Assembly (NCBI RefSeq): GCF_030028105.1
Contig: NC_092399.1
Location: forward strand, 15,830,881 to 15,894,880
Reading direction: 5' to 3'
Origin: Mobula birostris
Lineage: Eukaryota
Length of the DNA stretch: 64,000 nucleotides
Position numbers and translations under genes: made by a program
Part shown: one piece after another, positions 52,056 to 63,239 of the stretch
How the letters are laid out: each line of letters begins with the position of its first letter
Position numbering within the stretch: position 1 is the first letter of the stretch
Notes under the pieces: generated by a model
What the model saw: the letters and a program-made list of their open reading frames with translations, nothing else
What the model was told of the DNA's origin: nothing
The model's database searches: none

Positions 52056-53897
52056 CAAACAACAGGAATTCTGCAGATGCTGGAAATTCAAGCAACACAC
52101 ATAAAAGTTGCTGGTGAATGCAGCAGGCCAGGCAGCATCTCTAGGAAGAGGTGCAGTCGACGTTTCAGGCCGAGACCCTTCGTCAGGACTAACTGAAGGA
52201 AGAGTGAGTAAGGGATTTGAAAGTTGGAGGGGGAGGGGGAGATCCAAAATGATGGGAGAAGACAGGAGGGGGAGGGATGGAGCCAAGAGCTGGGCAGGTG
52301 ATAGGCAGAAGGGATACAAGAGGATCATGGGACAGGAGGGGATGGCGTTTTTGCAAGAGACAGGGTGAGAAGAGGAATAGTCCAGATAGCTATCAATCTA
52401 TTACAATCTATGTTCCGTGCCTATTCTGGTATCTGTCCCCCACTTTTCCTTCGCTACATCGACGACTGCATTGGCGCTGCTTCCTGCACGCATGCAGAGC
52501 TCGTTGACTTTATTAACTTTGCCTCCAACTTTCACCCTGCCCTCAAGATTACCTGGTCCATTTCTGACACCTCCCTCCCCTTTCTAGATCTTTCTGTCTC
52601 TGTCTCTGGAGACAGCTTATCCACTGATGTCTACTATAAACCTACTGACTCTCACAGCTATTGGGACTATTCCTCTTCTTACCCTGTCTCTTGCAAAAAC
52701 GCTATCCCCTTCTCGCAATTCCTCCGTCTCCGCCGCATCTGCTCTCAGGATGAGGCTTTTCATTCTAGGACGAGGGAGATGTCTTTTTTTAAAGAAAGGG
52801 GCTTCCCTTCCCCCACTATCCTCTGCTCTTAAACGCATCTCCCCCATTTCACGTACATCTGCTCTCATTCCATCCTCCCGCCACCCCACTAGGAATAGGG
52901 TTCCCCTGGTCCTCACCTACCACCCCACCAGCCTCCGGGTCCAACATATTATTCTCCGTAACTTCCGCCACCTCCAACGGGATCCCACCACTAAGCACAT
53001 CTTTCCCTCCCCCCACTCTCTGCATTCCGCAGGGATCGCTCCCTGCGCGACTCCCTTGTCCATTCATCCCCCCCATCCCTCCCCACTGATCTTCCTCCTG
53101 GCACTTATCCGTGTAAGTGGAACAAGTGCTACACATGCCCTTACACTTCCTCCCTTACCACCATTCAAGGCCCCAAACAGTCCTTCCAGGTGAGGCAACA
53201 CTTCACCTGTGAGTCGGCTGGGGTGATGTACTGCGTCCGGTGCTCCCGATGTGGCCTATATATTGGCGAGACCCGACGCAGACTGGGAGACCGCTTTGCT
53301 GAACACCTACGCTCTGTCCGCCAGAGAAAGCAGGATCTCCCAGTGGCCGCACATTTTAATTCCACATCCCATTCCCATTCTGACATGTCTATCCACGGCC
53401 TCCTCTACTGTAAAGGTGAAGCCACACTCAGGTTGGAGGAACAACACCTTATATTCCGTCTGGGTAGCCTCCAACCTGATGGCATGAACATCGACTTCTC
53501 TAACTTCCGCTAATGCCCCACCTCCCCCTCGTACCCCATCTGTTACTTATTTTTATATACACATTCTTTCTCTCACTCTCCTTTTTCTCCCCCTGAATAT
53601 ACCCCCTGCCCATCCTCTGGGTCCCCCCCGCCCCCTTGTCTTTCTTCCCGGACCTCCTGTCCCATGATCCTCTCGTATCCCCTTTTGTCTATCACCTGTC
53701 CAGCTCTTGGCTCTATCCCTCCCCCTCCTGACTTCTCCTATCATTTTGGATCTCCCCCTCCCCCTCCTACTTTCAAATCCCTTACTCACTCTTCCTTCAG
53801 TTAGTCCTGACGAAGGGTCTCGACCTGAAACGTCGACTGCACCTCTTCCTAGAGATGCTGCCTGGCCTGCTGCGTTCACCAGCAACTTTTATGTGTG
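52056..53897 (+). mobile_element. Penelope-like element (Neptune-type), 5'-truncated, with inverted pseudo-LTR
   Basis: RT motif LRYIDDCIG, thumb-region motifs (LPFLD, YYKPTD, IPFSQFLRLRRICS) and GIY-YIG (VMYCVRCSRCGLYIGETRRRLGDRFAEH). pLTR 53514-53897 is mirrored by an inverted copy at 52056-52340; 14-bp TSD aggctattattact. Confidence 0.92.
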
Positions 53898-54714
53898 AGG
53901 CTATTATTACTGTTTGGACTCAAGTTTATCATCACTGACATATGTGAAATTTGTTGCTTTATGGTCTTTTTTCCTGTGTTTAGCCCATATCCCTCTGAAC
54001 ATTTCCCATCCGTGTTCTTGTTGAAATGTCTTTTAAGCAGTGGAATTGTACCTACCTCTACCACTTCTTCTTGTTCCACATACTCACCAGCTTCTTCGTG
54101 AAGAATTTGCTCCTTGGTCCGTGAAATTACTTCCATCTCACCTTAAATATATATTAAGCAACCATTCATTTCATTTTTTGCCTCTCATTAACTTTTATAT
54201 CCAATGCAAGATATTAAAAATACCACGTTGCAATTTTTTAAATGCAAAAGGGAAATAGTAAGGTAGTATTTTTGAATTCATGGACTGTTCAGAAATCTGT
54301 TGGGAGGATGGGACGAAGCTGTTCTAAAATGTTCAGGCTCCCTGTACCTCCTCCCTGATGGTAGTAATGAGAAGAGTGCATATCCCAGATGGCAAGGGTT
54401 CTTCATGATGGATGCTGCCTTCTTGAGTCATCACCTTTTGAAGGTTTCTCAATTGCCTTGGTGGGAGCTGTAGGCTTCCATTGAGACAGGAGATGCTGAG
54501 GTGGGGGTGGCGTGGGATGGATTTGTGAGTTGGCCTGCTCTTTTGGCCATTTACACAGGACTTCTCTATGCCCTGGACCCAAGGCTCTCAGTATCAACAA
54601 CAGTGGTCCTCCACTTTGGCCATGTGTGAGGGATTTTCTGGAGTCAGTGGGTATTGTTGGGCATCATTCGGGAGTTCTGACATTATTGATAGCATAATTA
54701 GCGATTAACTAAAA

Positions 54715-55640
54715 TTAGAACATAGAATAGTACAGCACAGTACAGGCCCTTTGGCCCACAATGTTGTGCTGACCCTCAAACCCTACCTCCCATATAAGCC
54801 CCCACCTTAAATTCCTCCATATACCTGTCTAGTAGTCTGTTAAACTTCACTAGTGTATCTGCCTCCACCACTGACTCAGGCAGTGCATTCCACGCACCAA
54901 CCACTCTCTGAGTAAAAAACCTTCCTCTAATAACCCCCTTGAACTTCCCACCCCTTACCTTAAAGCCATGTCCTCTTGTATTGAGCAGTGTTGCCCTGGG
55001 GAAGAGGCACTGGCTATCCACTCTATCTATTCCTCTTATTATCTTGTACACCTCTATCATGTCTCCTCTCATCCTCCTTCTCTCCAAAGAGTAAAGCCCT
55101 AGCTCCCTTAATCTCTGATCATAATGCATACTTTCTAAACCAGGCAGCATCCTGGTAAATCTCCTCTGTACCCTTTCCAATGCTTCCACATCCTTCCTAT
55201 AGTGAGGCGACCAGAACTGGACACAGTACTCCAAGTGTGGCCTAATCAGAGTTTTATAGAGCTGCATCATTACATTGCGACTCTTAAACTCTATCCCTCG
55301 ACTTATGAAAGCTAACACCCCATAAGCTTTCTTAACTACCCTATCCACCTGTGAGGCAACTTTCAGGGATCTGTGGACATGTATCCCCAGATCCCTCTGC
55401 TCCTCCACATTAGCAAGTATCCTGCCATTTACTTTGTACTCTGCCTTGGCGTTTTGTCTTTCCAAAGTGTACCACCTCACACTTCTCCGGGTTGAACTCC
55501 ATCTGCCACTTCTCAGTCCACTTCTGCATCCTATCAATGTCTCTCTGCAATCTTCGACAATCCTCTACACTATCTACAACACCACCAACCTTTGTGTCAT
55601 TTGTAATCTTGCCAACCCACCCTCCTACCCCCACATCCAG
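54715..55640 (-). mobile_element. CR1 LINE 3' fragment (young)
   Basis: Long open reading frame with EQRDLG, LYKTLIRPHLEYCVQFWSP, LERVQRRFTRM, TRGH and FFTQRVV.AWNALP motifs. Confidence 0.92.
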
Positions 55641-57399
55641 GTCATCCAGAACCAGTCTTCAGGAATTAAAACCTGTACACAATTTAACTTCCAACTGATG
55701 CTTTGTGGCTAGTGAAACCACTCTTTATGTAGGACATTCTTTGCGCCATTGAAACTACATAGGGAAACACAATTGATGATGTTTTATGCTGTTAGAACAT
55801 TATTAAAGCTGTATCCCTGCTAGCTAATACATAGTTCAGGACTGGTTTGTTTTGCTACTCAACCTTCTGGTTCGTCTTGCTTTTGTTTCAAGGAGACTTT
55901 GAATGCATTCTTATTTTTTTTTTTGAATTGTTGCCTGGTAATCTCTTCTCCCACAGAATTTAGGATAATTTGTTTCTTTTGGTGATGAAGTTTTTGAGGA
56001 TATTGGGGGTGCAGGGGTTAATGACCTTCAAGGACTTTGTACTCTTTCGGCATAAGTTGCATCCTTTTTCGCTTCGCGTGCTTGATTGTATTTCTGCAGT
56101 TGTGAGGTTGTGAAATCGCTAAACTACTTCTCTGTTTTAATCAAGGACAAAACTGTCTGATTCTGTAAAGTAACAGATGTGTGTGTGTCTGATTTAAAAA
56201 CTCCAAGGCTGATTACTCCTTTCTCTGCCCCTCTGTACCTTGTAGTCCCACAAGCTTTGTACAAAGAACCGGAAAACAATTCCATATATGGATAATGATG
56301 GTCTCTTTAAACTGTACAAATGTTGCTGTATGTAACCTGCTGATAGAGGTTCGACACGAGCCCCCAGAGGGAGAGGAAATCTGTCCCTCTGTTGTGTGTG
56401 CCTCTGAACTTCTCGCCGGCTGAGTTCAAAGAAATGAACTGGTGAAAAGGATAAAGTAAAGAACTGTTTGTGTTGTGGTTATTGGTCCGGCAAATTTAAG
56501 TTTACATTGGGAACCAGGTAGAAGGCATGCAGTGGACTGAAATGGCTATCATTAGGGTCTTAATACTGGGGAAGCAACTGCGATAGCTCTAAAAATTATG
56601 TACATATACTGAAGTTGCCTTGCAAAAATAGATGAGAATATTTCAAAACATAAATGATTTGAAAAGATTATTGTGATATTTCAGCTTAAAATTTCCCAGC
56701 CTTTGGCACACTTTGTAATGCTTAGAAATTTATTTAAAAATTGCTGATTTCTTGTCTGCGAGAATTCTTTAAATTCATTATGCATAGTATCATTAAGACT
56801 GAAGAACTCTTGAAATGACATCAATTAGTATTTGCAATGATCTTTTGTTATATTTTCTTTTCTCTATGCTAGGAAGAAAGCATCGTCATTGCTTGCAAAT
56901 TCTTGCACAGAGCTCATTTTGCAGAAGCCACCAATGAGGAATTTTGAAATTGGTGAAACTGGCATGACATATCATTTTGGGTTTTGAGTCCTGATGAAGG
57001 TTTTCGGCCCAAAACGTCAACTGTTTATTCGTCTTCATCGGTGCTGCCTGACCTGCTGAGCTCCTCCAGCCTTGTGTGCGCACTTGGGTGATTTAGTTTG
57101 GATTCAAGATTGTTTAATGTTATTTCCAGTACACAAGTGTGAAGGAGAATGACATAACTGCTACTCCGATTCTATGCAGCACAAAAAAACACATGAAATT
57201 GAACACAATAATAAAATACTATATATATGATAGCTTATATACAATGCACATATACATAGATTGCTTGATTGTATGTCCATAAAGTGATGTTGCCAAGGAA
57301 TGTCTGTATGTAAGGTGACTTACTGGAAGTACAGGAAAAGTGGTGGTTGAGGGTGTGGAAGAGTGAGTTAGTGCGCGCAGGTGTTGATCATCTTTACTA

Positions 57400-57467
57400 T
57401 TTGGCGAAAGTAACCAGTGACGTAACAGCGCTTCCACTTCCTGCTTTATTTGGTAAGGGTGAAGAGC
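57400..57467 (+). promoter_or_regulatory. FUCA1 proximal promoter / 5'UTR
   Basis: CRE/ATF-like TGACGTAA (57418-57425) and ETS-like ACTTCCTG (57436-57443) just upstream of the ATG, in CpG-rich sequence that extends into intron 1. Confidence 0.5.
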
Positions 57468-57823
57468 ATGGAGTGGAAGTGTTTCTTGAGTTTTATTTTC
57501 CTTACTGTGGGTTTAGGTACCGGAGAACCTTCCGTTCGCCGTTACCAACCGAATTGGAAGAGCCTTGACAGCAGGCCTTTACCCGGCTGGTACGACGAGA
57601 GCAAATTTGGGATTTTCATCCACTGGGGAGTATTTTCTGTGCCTAGTTTCGGGAGCGAATGGTTCTGGTGGAATTGGAAAGGGAGGCACTTACGTGAGTA
57701 TGCGGAGTTTATGACAAAGAACTACCCACCGGGATTCGAATACAGCGAGTTCGCTCCAGAATTTACAGCTAGCTTCTTTAATCCAGATCAATGGGCGGAA
57801 CTGTTCGAGGAATCCGGAGCTAG
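57468..57823 (+). CDS. FUCA1: Tissue alpha-L-fucosidase (GH29) exon 1
   Basis: Signal-peptide-like [19 protein letters not shown], then [44 protein letters not shown]; donor AG|GTACAG (phase 2). Confidence 0.93.
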
Positions 57824-58146
57824 GTACAGTAAAAATACGGTCAAACGTGAGCATTCATTGAGTGATTGAGGTGTTTATTTGCAAAAGGCAGATATTCAAA
57901 GTACTTTTTATCATCAAACTATGTATACATTATACAGCCGTGCGATTCGTCTCCTTACAGGCATCTACAAAACAGGAAACCCTTAAAAACCGACAAACAC
58001 CCCATGCGCAGAGAGAAAAAAGCCATAATAACGGAGTTATCAATATAAAGGCGACTTTGCTGCGCTTGAATCTGCTGGTGGAGTTTGGCGGGTGTAATTT
58101 ATTTCATTTGGCCCGGGAATACGGTCATTGCTGTTTTGCATTATAA

Positions 58147-58412
58147 AACCACATGAAATCCAGGTCACATGATGCACAATCGCGTGACAACCCCTTCGGG
58201 CGGGGCGACACCGGGGAGACTGCAGATGCCGAATGTGAAATCACATGACATCCAGGTTACGCGATGCATAACCACGTGACAACCCCCTTCGGGCTGGGCG
58301 ACTGCGGATGCTGAATATGAAATCACCTGACATCCAGATCACGTGATGCACAAAATCACATGACAACCCCTTCGGGCCGGGCGGCTCCGGGGAGAGTGCA
58401 GATGCTGTAAAT
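58147..58412 (+). repeat. Three-copy tandem repeat (about 82-93 bp unit) rich in E-boxes, FUCA1 intron 1
   Basis: Unit aaatCACATGAcatccaggtCACRTGAtgcacaa-CACRTGACaaccccttcggg...ctgcagatgc starts at about 58147, 58238 and 58320. Confidence 0.9.
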
Positions 58413-59976
58413 CTGGATTAGTGTACACGGAGCGATGCGTTGAACCAAAGTCGGCCCTGCAGACGCGCTCCTCCACCCCCAGGACTTTGTCGGACTTGAC
58501 ACCGACTGTTCGCGGCACCAGTTCCCTCTCCAAAAGACAGAAAGGGGGCGGCGCCGTCCCCTTTCCACGGGACTTGGGCCTCACGGCAGGTCCAAGTTAG
58601 ACCCTGTTGTGTTGTGTAACAGCGACCTATTAGATGGCGCATATATCATGACTCGACGCTTCATGCTCTGAAGGTGCCTTTATTTCACATTCTCCTTTCC
58701 ATGCTCCTTGATATCTCCTGTTGTTCTGTCCCAGACTGATGACAACATCACCGTAGCTGACTAGTGTCAAACTTACCATTTAACTACATGACAGAACCCA
58801 ACCTCTGATGCTGTCTGTGGATTCTGAGGTTCTCCCTATGATCCAAAGATGTGCAGATTAGTACATCTACAACTTAAAATGCGCTACTACTAGTGTTTCA
58901 GTGGGTGGTGGGATCTGGGTGAGTTAAGACAAGAATTTGGGGATAAAAGGGATGATTGTAGATGCCTGCTTAATGGCTGATTCAGTCTGCTTTGAAGGAT
59001 CTGATTTGGTGTTGTGTGACAGTATATTATAAATGACATCCAAGGTGGAACTTGAGTGAGTTCCGTGGGTGATTAGTAGACAATATTTATTGGTGGTGGA
59101 TGGGGCAGTACTCCCAGAGGATTCTTGGTTATGTGGCATTATTGCCATCTGAACCCAAAGATAAGGCTACATTTGTCTCTTCATAATCTTGGTATTTTAT
59201 ACATTATGAAGTCTATCATTAATGTTGCATCTTGATGGATAAAGTTTCCATTTAATTAATGTACTTAAACACTTTCCTCACTCCAAAGATAATTTGCAGT
59301 GGATTGTAGATAAATAGATTGCAGTGCTTCAGATATGATGATTGGCACTTACTGGTGAGGACTGGCTATGATGAGATTCTGCCTTTCATACCACTCTTTG
59401 TAAGACAAGCTGAGTAACTCGTAATCCAATATGGTAGCTTATTTATCTTAGTTTTATTGTTTCCAGATTTGTTCTGCTATTTCTGAATTCTACTTGTCCA
59501 TCCCTAAATACGAGTGAGAGGGAGATCTTTACAGGGTTTATAAATCAAACATCTCAGTTTAATTTATAGACACAGGAGACTGTGCAGAAGCATGAAGGCA
59601 CACACTCGGCGGTTCAGGAACAGCTTCTTCCCCTCTGCCATCCGATTTCTGAATGGACATTGAACCCATGAATATTGCCTCGCTTTTTAAAAGCAACGCA
59701 TACAAAATGCTGGAGGAACTCTCTAGGTCGGGAGTCTCGGTCTGAAATGTCGACTGCTCGTAGATGCTGCCTGACCAGCTGAGTTCCATCAGCATTTTGT
59801 GTATGTTATTCTAATTGACAGAACTCTTTTAAAATGCCAAGAACACAACTTGAGTTGTAGGCATTGGTCTGTGTTTTTTTTTCCTGAAATAAAGCTGATG
59901 CTTGGATATATTCAAAGAGCACTTTACAGTTGCATTTGATTGTAGTTAACTGTTTTCCTGTGGTATGTAATCTCAG

Positions 59977-60111
59977 GTACGTGGTGCTGACGTCAAAGCA
60001 CCATGAAGGATTCACGAACTGGGGATCTCCTGTGTCTTGGAACTGGAACTCGATTGAAACAGGTCCACATCGCGATCTTGTGGGTGATCTGGCAGCTGCA
60101 GTCCGTAAACG
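59977..60111 (+). CDS. FUCA1: FUCA1 exon 2
   Basis: 135 nt; [49 protein letters not shown] and GPHRDLVG are FUCA1-like rather than FUCA2-like. Confidence 0.93.
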
Positions 60112-60409
60112 GTCTGTTGTTAATTTTATGCATTTGCGAAATTCCTGATGGCTTTATTGTTCCCTTGGCGTTTGGCCTGTTGACATCATTCTGTGGTCAA
60201 TGGCTGTCCATCTCAAAAATGCCTTAAATATCCTTCTGTATTTCAGTGCTCCTGACACAGTTTTGATGTATTTTTGTGAATATGTTGTTGTCTTGGTGTG
60301 GTCCAGTTTGGCTGTATTGTCTCCTGTGCATTTGGCCAAGTATCCCATATTACCCTGCAGCCATGTTACCTGTCTTGCTTGTACACATTACCTATTGAGT
60401 TACAGCCAA

Positions 60410-60610
60410 CCCTTCGAGCCGCACCGATTTAATCCTAGCCTAATCACAAGACAATTTACAATGACCAATTAACCTACCAACCAATACATCTTTGCACTGG
60501 GAGGAAACCCAGGTGGTCACAGGGAGAACATACGAATTCTTTACAGGCAGTAACAGGAATTGAACCAGGGCTGCTGGTACTAAAAAGCGTTGTGCTAACC
60601 ACTGTGCTGT
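60410..60610 (-). mobile_element. tRNA-derived SINE fragment
   Basis: Reverse complement gives agcacagtggttagca...ggttcaattcc (A and B boxes). Confidence 0.6.
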
Positions 60611-60929
60611 TTTAGGTAGGGCTTTAAGTTACCTTTTTCTGATCAGTTAAAATTTTTTAACTTCAAGTTCTAGTTATCTATACCACATGGCGTTGTTAAC
60701 CTGCATTGGCTGGGTCTCCCTGCACTTTGACCATGGGATATTTTAGTTGCCCTGCTTTCAGGTGATTTAGGCCTAGGGCTTGAATCAACCTGTCATATTC
60801 AATTAGCAATAAGACTTGAAGCTCTCAGACTTCCCTGGCAAACAAAAAAGAACTTCAAAGTCAAGGTTTTCTCTATATGAGGTGGCAAGGAGGCCAGATA
60901 GTAAAAGGTTAACTGAAAATATATCTTGA

Positions 60930-61500
60930 GTCTGAGGCCTGTCGGTCAGAGTTTTCCATGGATGTTGCATCCCAGCTGTCTAGATACACAAGCCTAGGTA
61001 GTGTGATTGGAGAGCAAGATGTTGCCCATGTAGCAAGCTCCCTCTCTCCACGCAACTGATGAACCCAAAGGAACAGCAGAGACCGATACAGTTTGGTATC
61101 AGAAGTGACACAGGAGTTGCCAGTCAGCACTGAACTCAATGTAGGACCTCCTTGGGGACCACAGCTCTGGGTTTTTCCTCAGGTTTTACCCCTGAAGCCT
61201 TCCCCATGAGTGGGTATAGGCACAAGGCAGCGGAGGTTTGAGATCAGAGTTTTCCTTCTCCCAGGCGAGCTACCAATCATGGCTGACGAGCCCCATCTGC
61301 CGGAAGCGGTTGGTTTTAAGGGGGCAGTAACCCGCCTTTGCCCCTTCTCGTGTCAGTAGAAACAGTTCTGCCAGGCTTAGAAGCTAAGCCACACATGAAG
61401 CGCAGAAGCTGGACTGGTTGTCAGAGGCTATTTGAACCACACACCATTGGGAGCGTTTAATAGGTAGTGGGAGCTTGTCCCCATTACCACCCCTGGCAAG
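60930..61500 (-). mobile_element. RTE-related non-autonomous repeat
   Basis: 3' part matches about 360-520 in reverse orientation. Confidence 0.55.
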
Positions 61501-62908
61501 AACAATAATCCACTGTCTGTTTGGAACTCTTAATCATGTAAATTCCATCACGTGCACTGACAAATTTAGTATATTGTACTATTAAAAAGTAAATTAAGGG
61601 TACTTATTACCCATTAAGCCGCTGGTGTTTGGGGCAGCAATGAAGGTCTTCCCTCTCTGTCTGTCCTTGGCTATTTTGGTCTTGGTATTGGTGGTGTTCA
61701 AGGCTTCCTTCATTGTGCCGGTAGCTTCCTCTCTGTTTTCGCTACTGTCAGCTTGCAAGCCCAGGGATGAGACTGAGGAATACCGTCGTGCTCAGATGTA
61801 GAAGGATTCTTCATTGCTGTTTCCGTGACAGTTTTGTTAGATCAGCATTATTAGCCCTGAGTTGAACCCCCGAACCGGGAGGACCGGTGGACCGCTCTTA
61901 GTCTGGCCTCTACCCTTTGACCTGTTCAGCATGGGTGACCCTACCAAGAGCCAAAGCATCAGCTCCTGACTCCAGCAAACGGAGCTCTCCAGGTCACTGA
62001 GGCACAGAAGCCTCCAAACCACAAATCAGTTTTGGTCGTCTTGGAGGAAAGTAAGATATTGGATTATTAATTTGTAATATTTCTCTCCGCTGGAATAACT
62101 GACAGTCCAGTATCAACATAGCCCTGATACTCCCTGGTTAATGTGGTTTTACTGCAGGGTTTGAGAGCTCTGCTATATTTCCACTCTGCCCTCTAGGAAT
62201 CTATGTATGATTTCAATGTGATCTGTGCCAATTCAGTGGGGTTAGACTGGGGGTCTGTAACATCTACATAGAAATAGATTGAAAACCAGTGCCTTTGTAT
62301 TCATGAATTCCAGGTGATCTTTCTTTGCTGTTTCCTAACACACAGCCCCTAAAAAATAATTGATATGAGTTTTGTCGTTGAGGATTTGTGGGAAAAATAA
62401 ACTGTTAAATCCATTGAAACATTTTGAGGCTGTTCCTATCAGAATAGATAAATGATGCAGCTTATTTTGACGTTTAGAAGGTCTTTGATACGATGCAGAA
62501 AAAGCATTCAGGATTGGGGCTTGTCAAATTCATACAGCAAATCCATTCTGTTAATCAAAGGCTAAAATGTGCTGTGGGAAGTTAATGATTTTTTTGCTTA
62601 AGGACTGACCCTGAAGCTTATCCCTTGAAATGCATTGTTGAAGATAATTATTTGGAAATTTCTAAAGTAAGTTCACTTCACATTTATTTTTATTTCAGAA
62701 ATAAGTTTTCTTTAAAATACATACAGAATGCATCATATAAACAGTATGTCTTTCCATTCATATGAAAGATGTGAATACTATTTGCAAAGCACCAATGCCA
62801 CTTGTAGGCTCCTTGAGCTTTTTAACTACATATTAAAGTTATGCAAACGAAGTGGGCTGTCCAACTGAATTTAATATTAGTTTCAAACTTGATCTTCTGT
62901 TGCAACAG

Positions 62909-63046
62909 GCAGTTACATTATGGAGTGTACCATTCTCTCTTCGAGTGGTTTAACCCCCTCTACTTGTCTGATCAGCGAAACAAATTCAAGACCCAGAAAT
63001 TTGTTATGGAAAAAACATTACCAGAACTGTACGATCTGGTCTTAAG
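62909..63046 (+). CDS. FUCA1: FUCA1 exon 3 (gene continues beyond the window)
   Basis: 138 nt; [43 protein letters not shown]. Acceptor caacAG, donor AG|GTAATG. Confidence 0.93.
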
Positions 63047-63239
63047 GTAATGTAATATAACAGTTTTAATGATAGAGCCTTAAAATATCTGTAAATGTAT
63101 CTAATCACTAGTTAAAACATCACTAGTTAACTGGTTCTGTGACTTACAGAATCACTGTCAGGGATTCTTTTAAAACTCCTATTCTCAGTGTTATTATTTT
63201 TTTAATTTGCCCAGTTCTGTCAAACTAGGCTTTGTCTAG

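Noticed and set aside
56101-56507. Possible solo LTR (TG...CA) upstream of FUCA1
   Set aside because: No TSD or second copy was found, so it cannot be supported without a repeat-library search.
58147-58412. CRISPR-like repeat array; also a C(UUCG)G tetraloop in each unit
   Set aside because: Vertebrate intron, whole units repeat without unique spacers, and there are no cas genes. The tetraloop stems are too short to support a structured-RNA claim.
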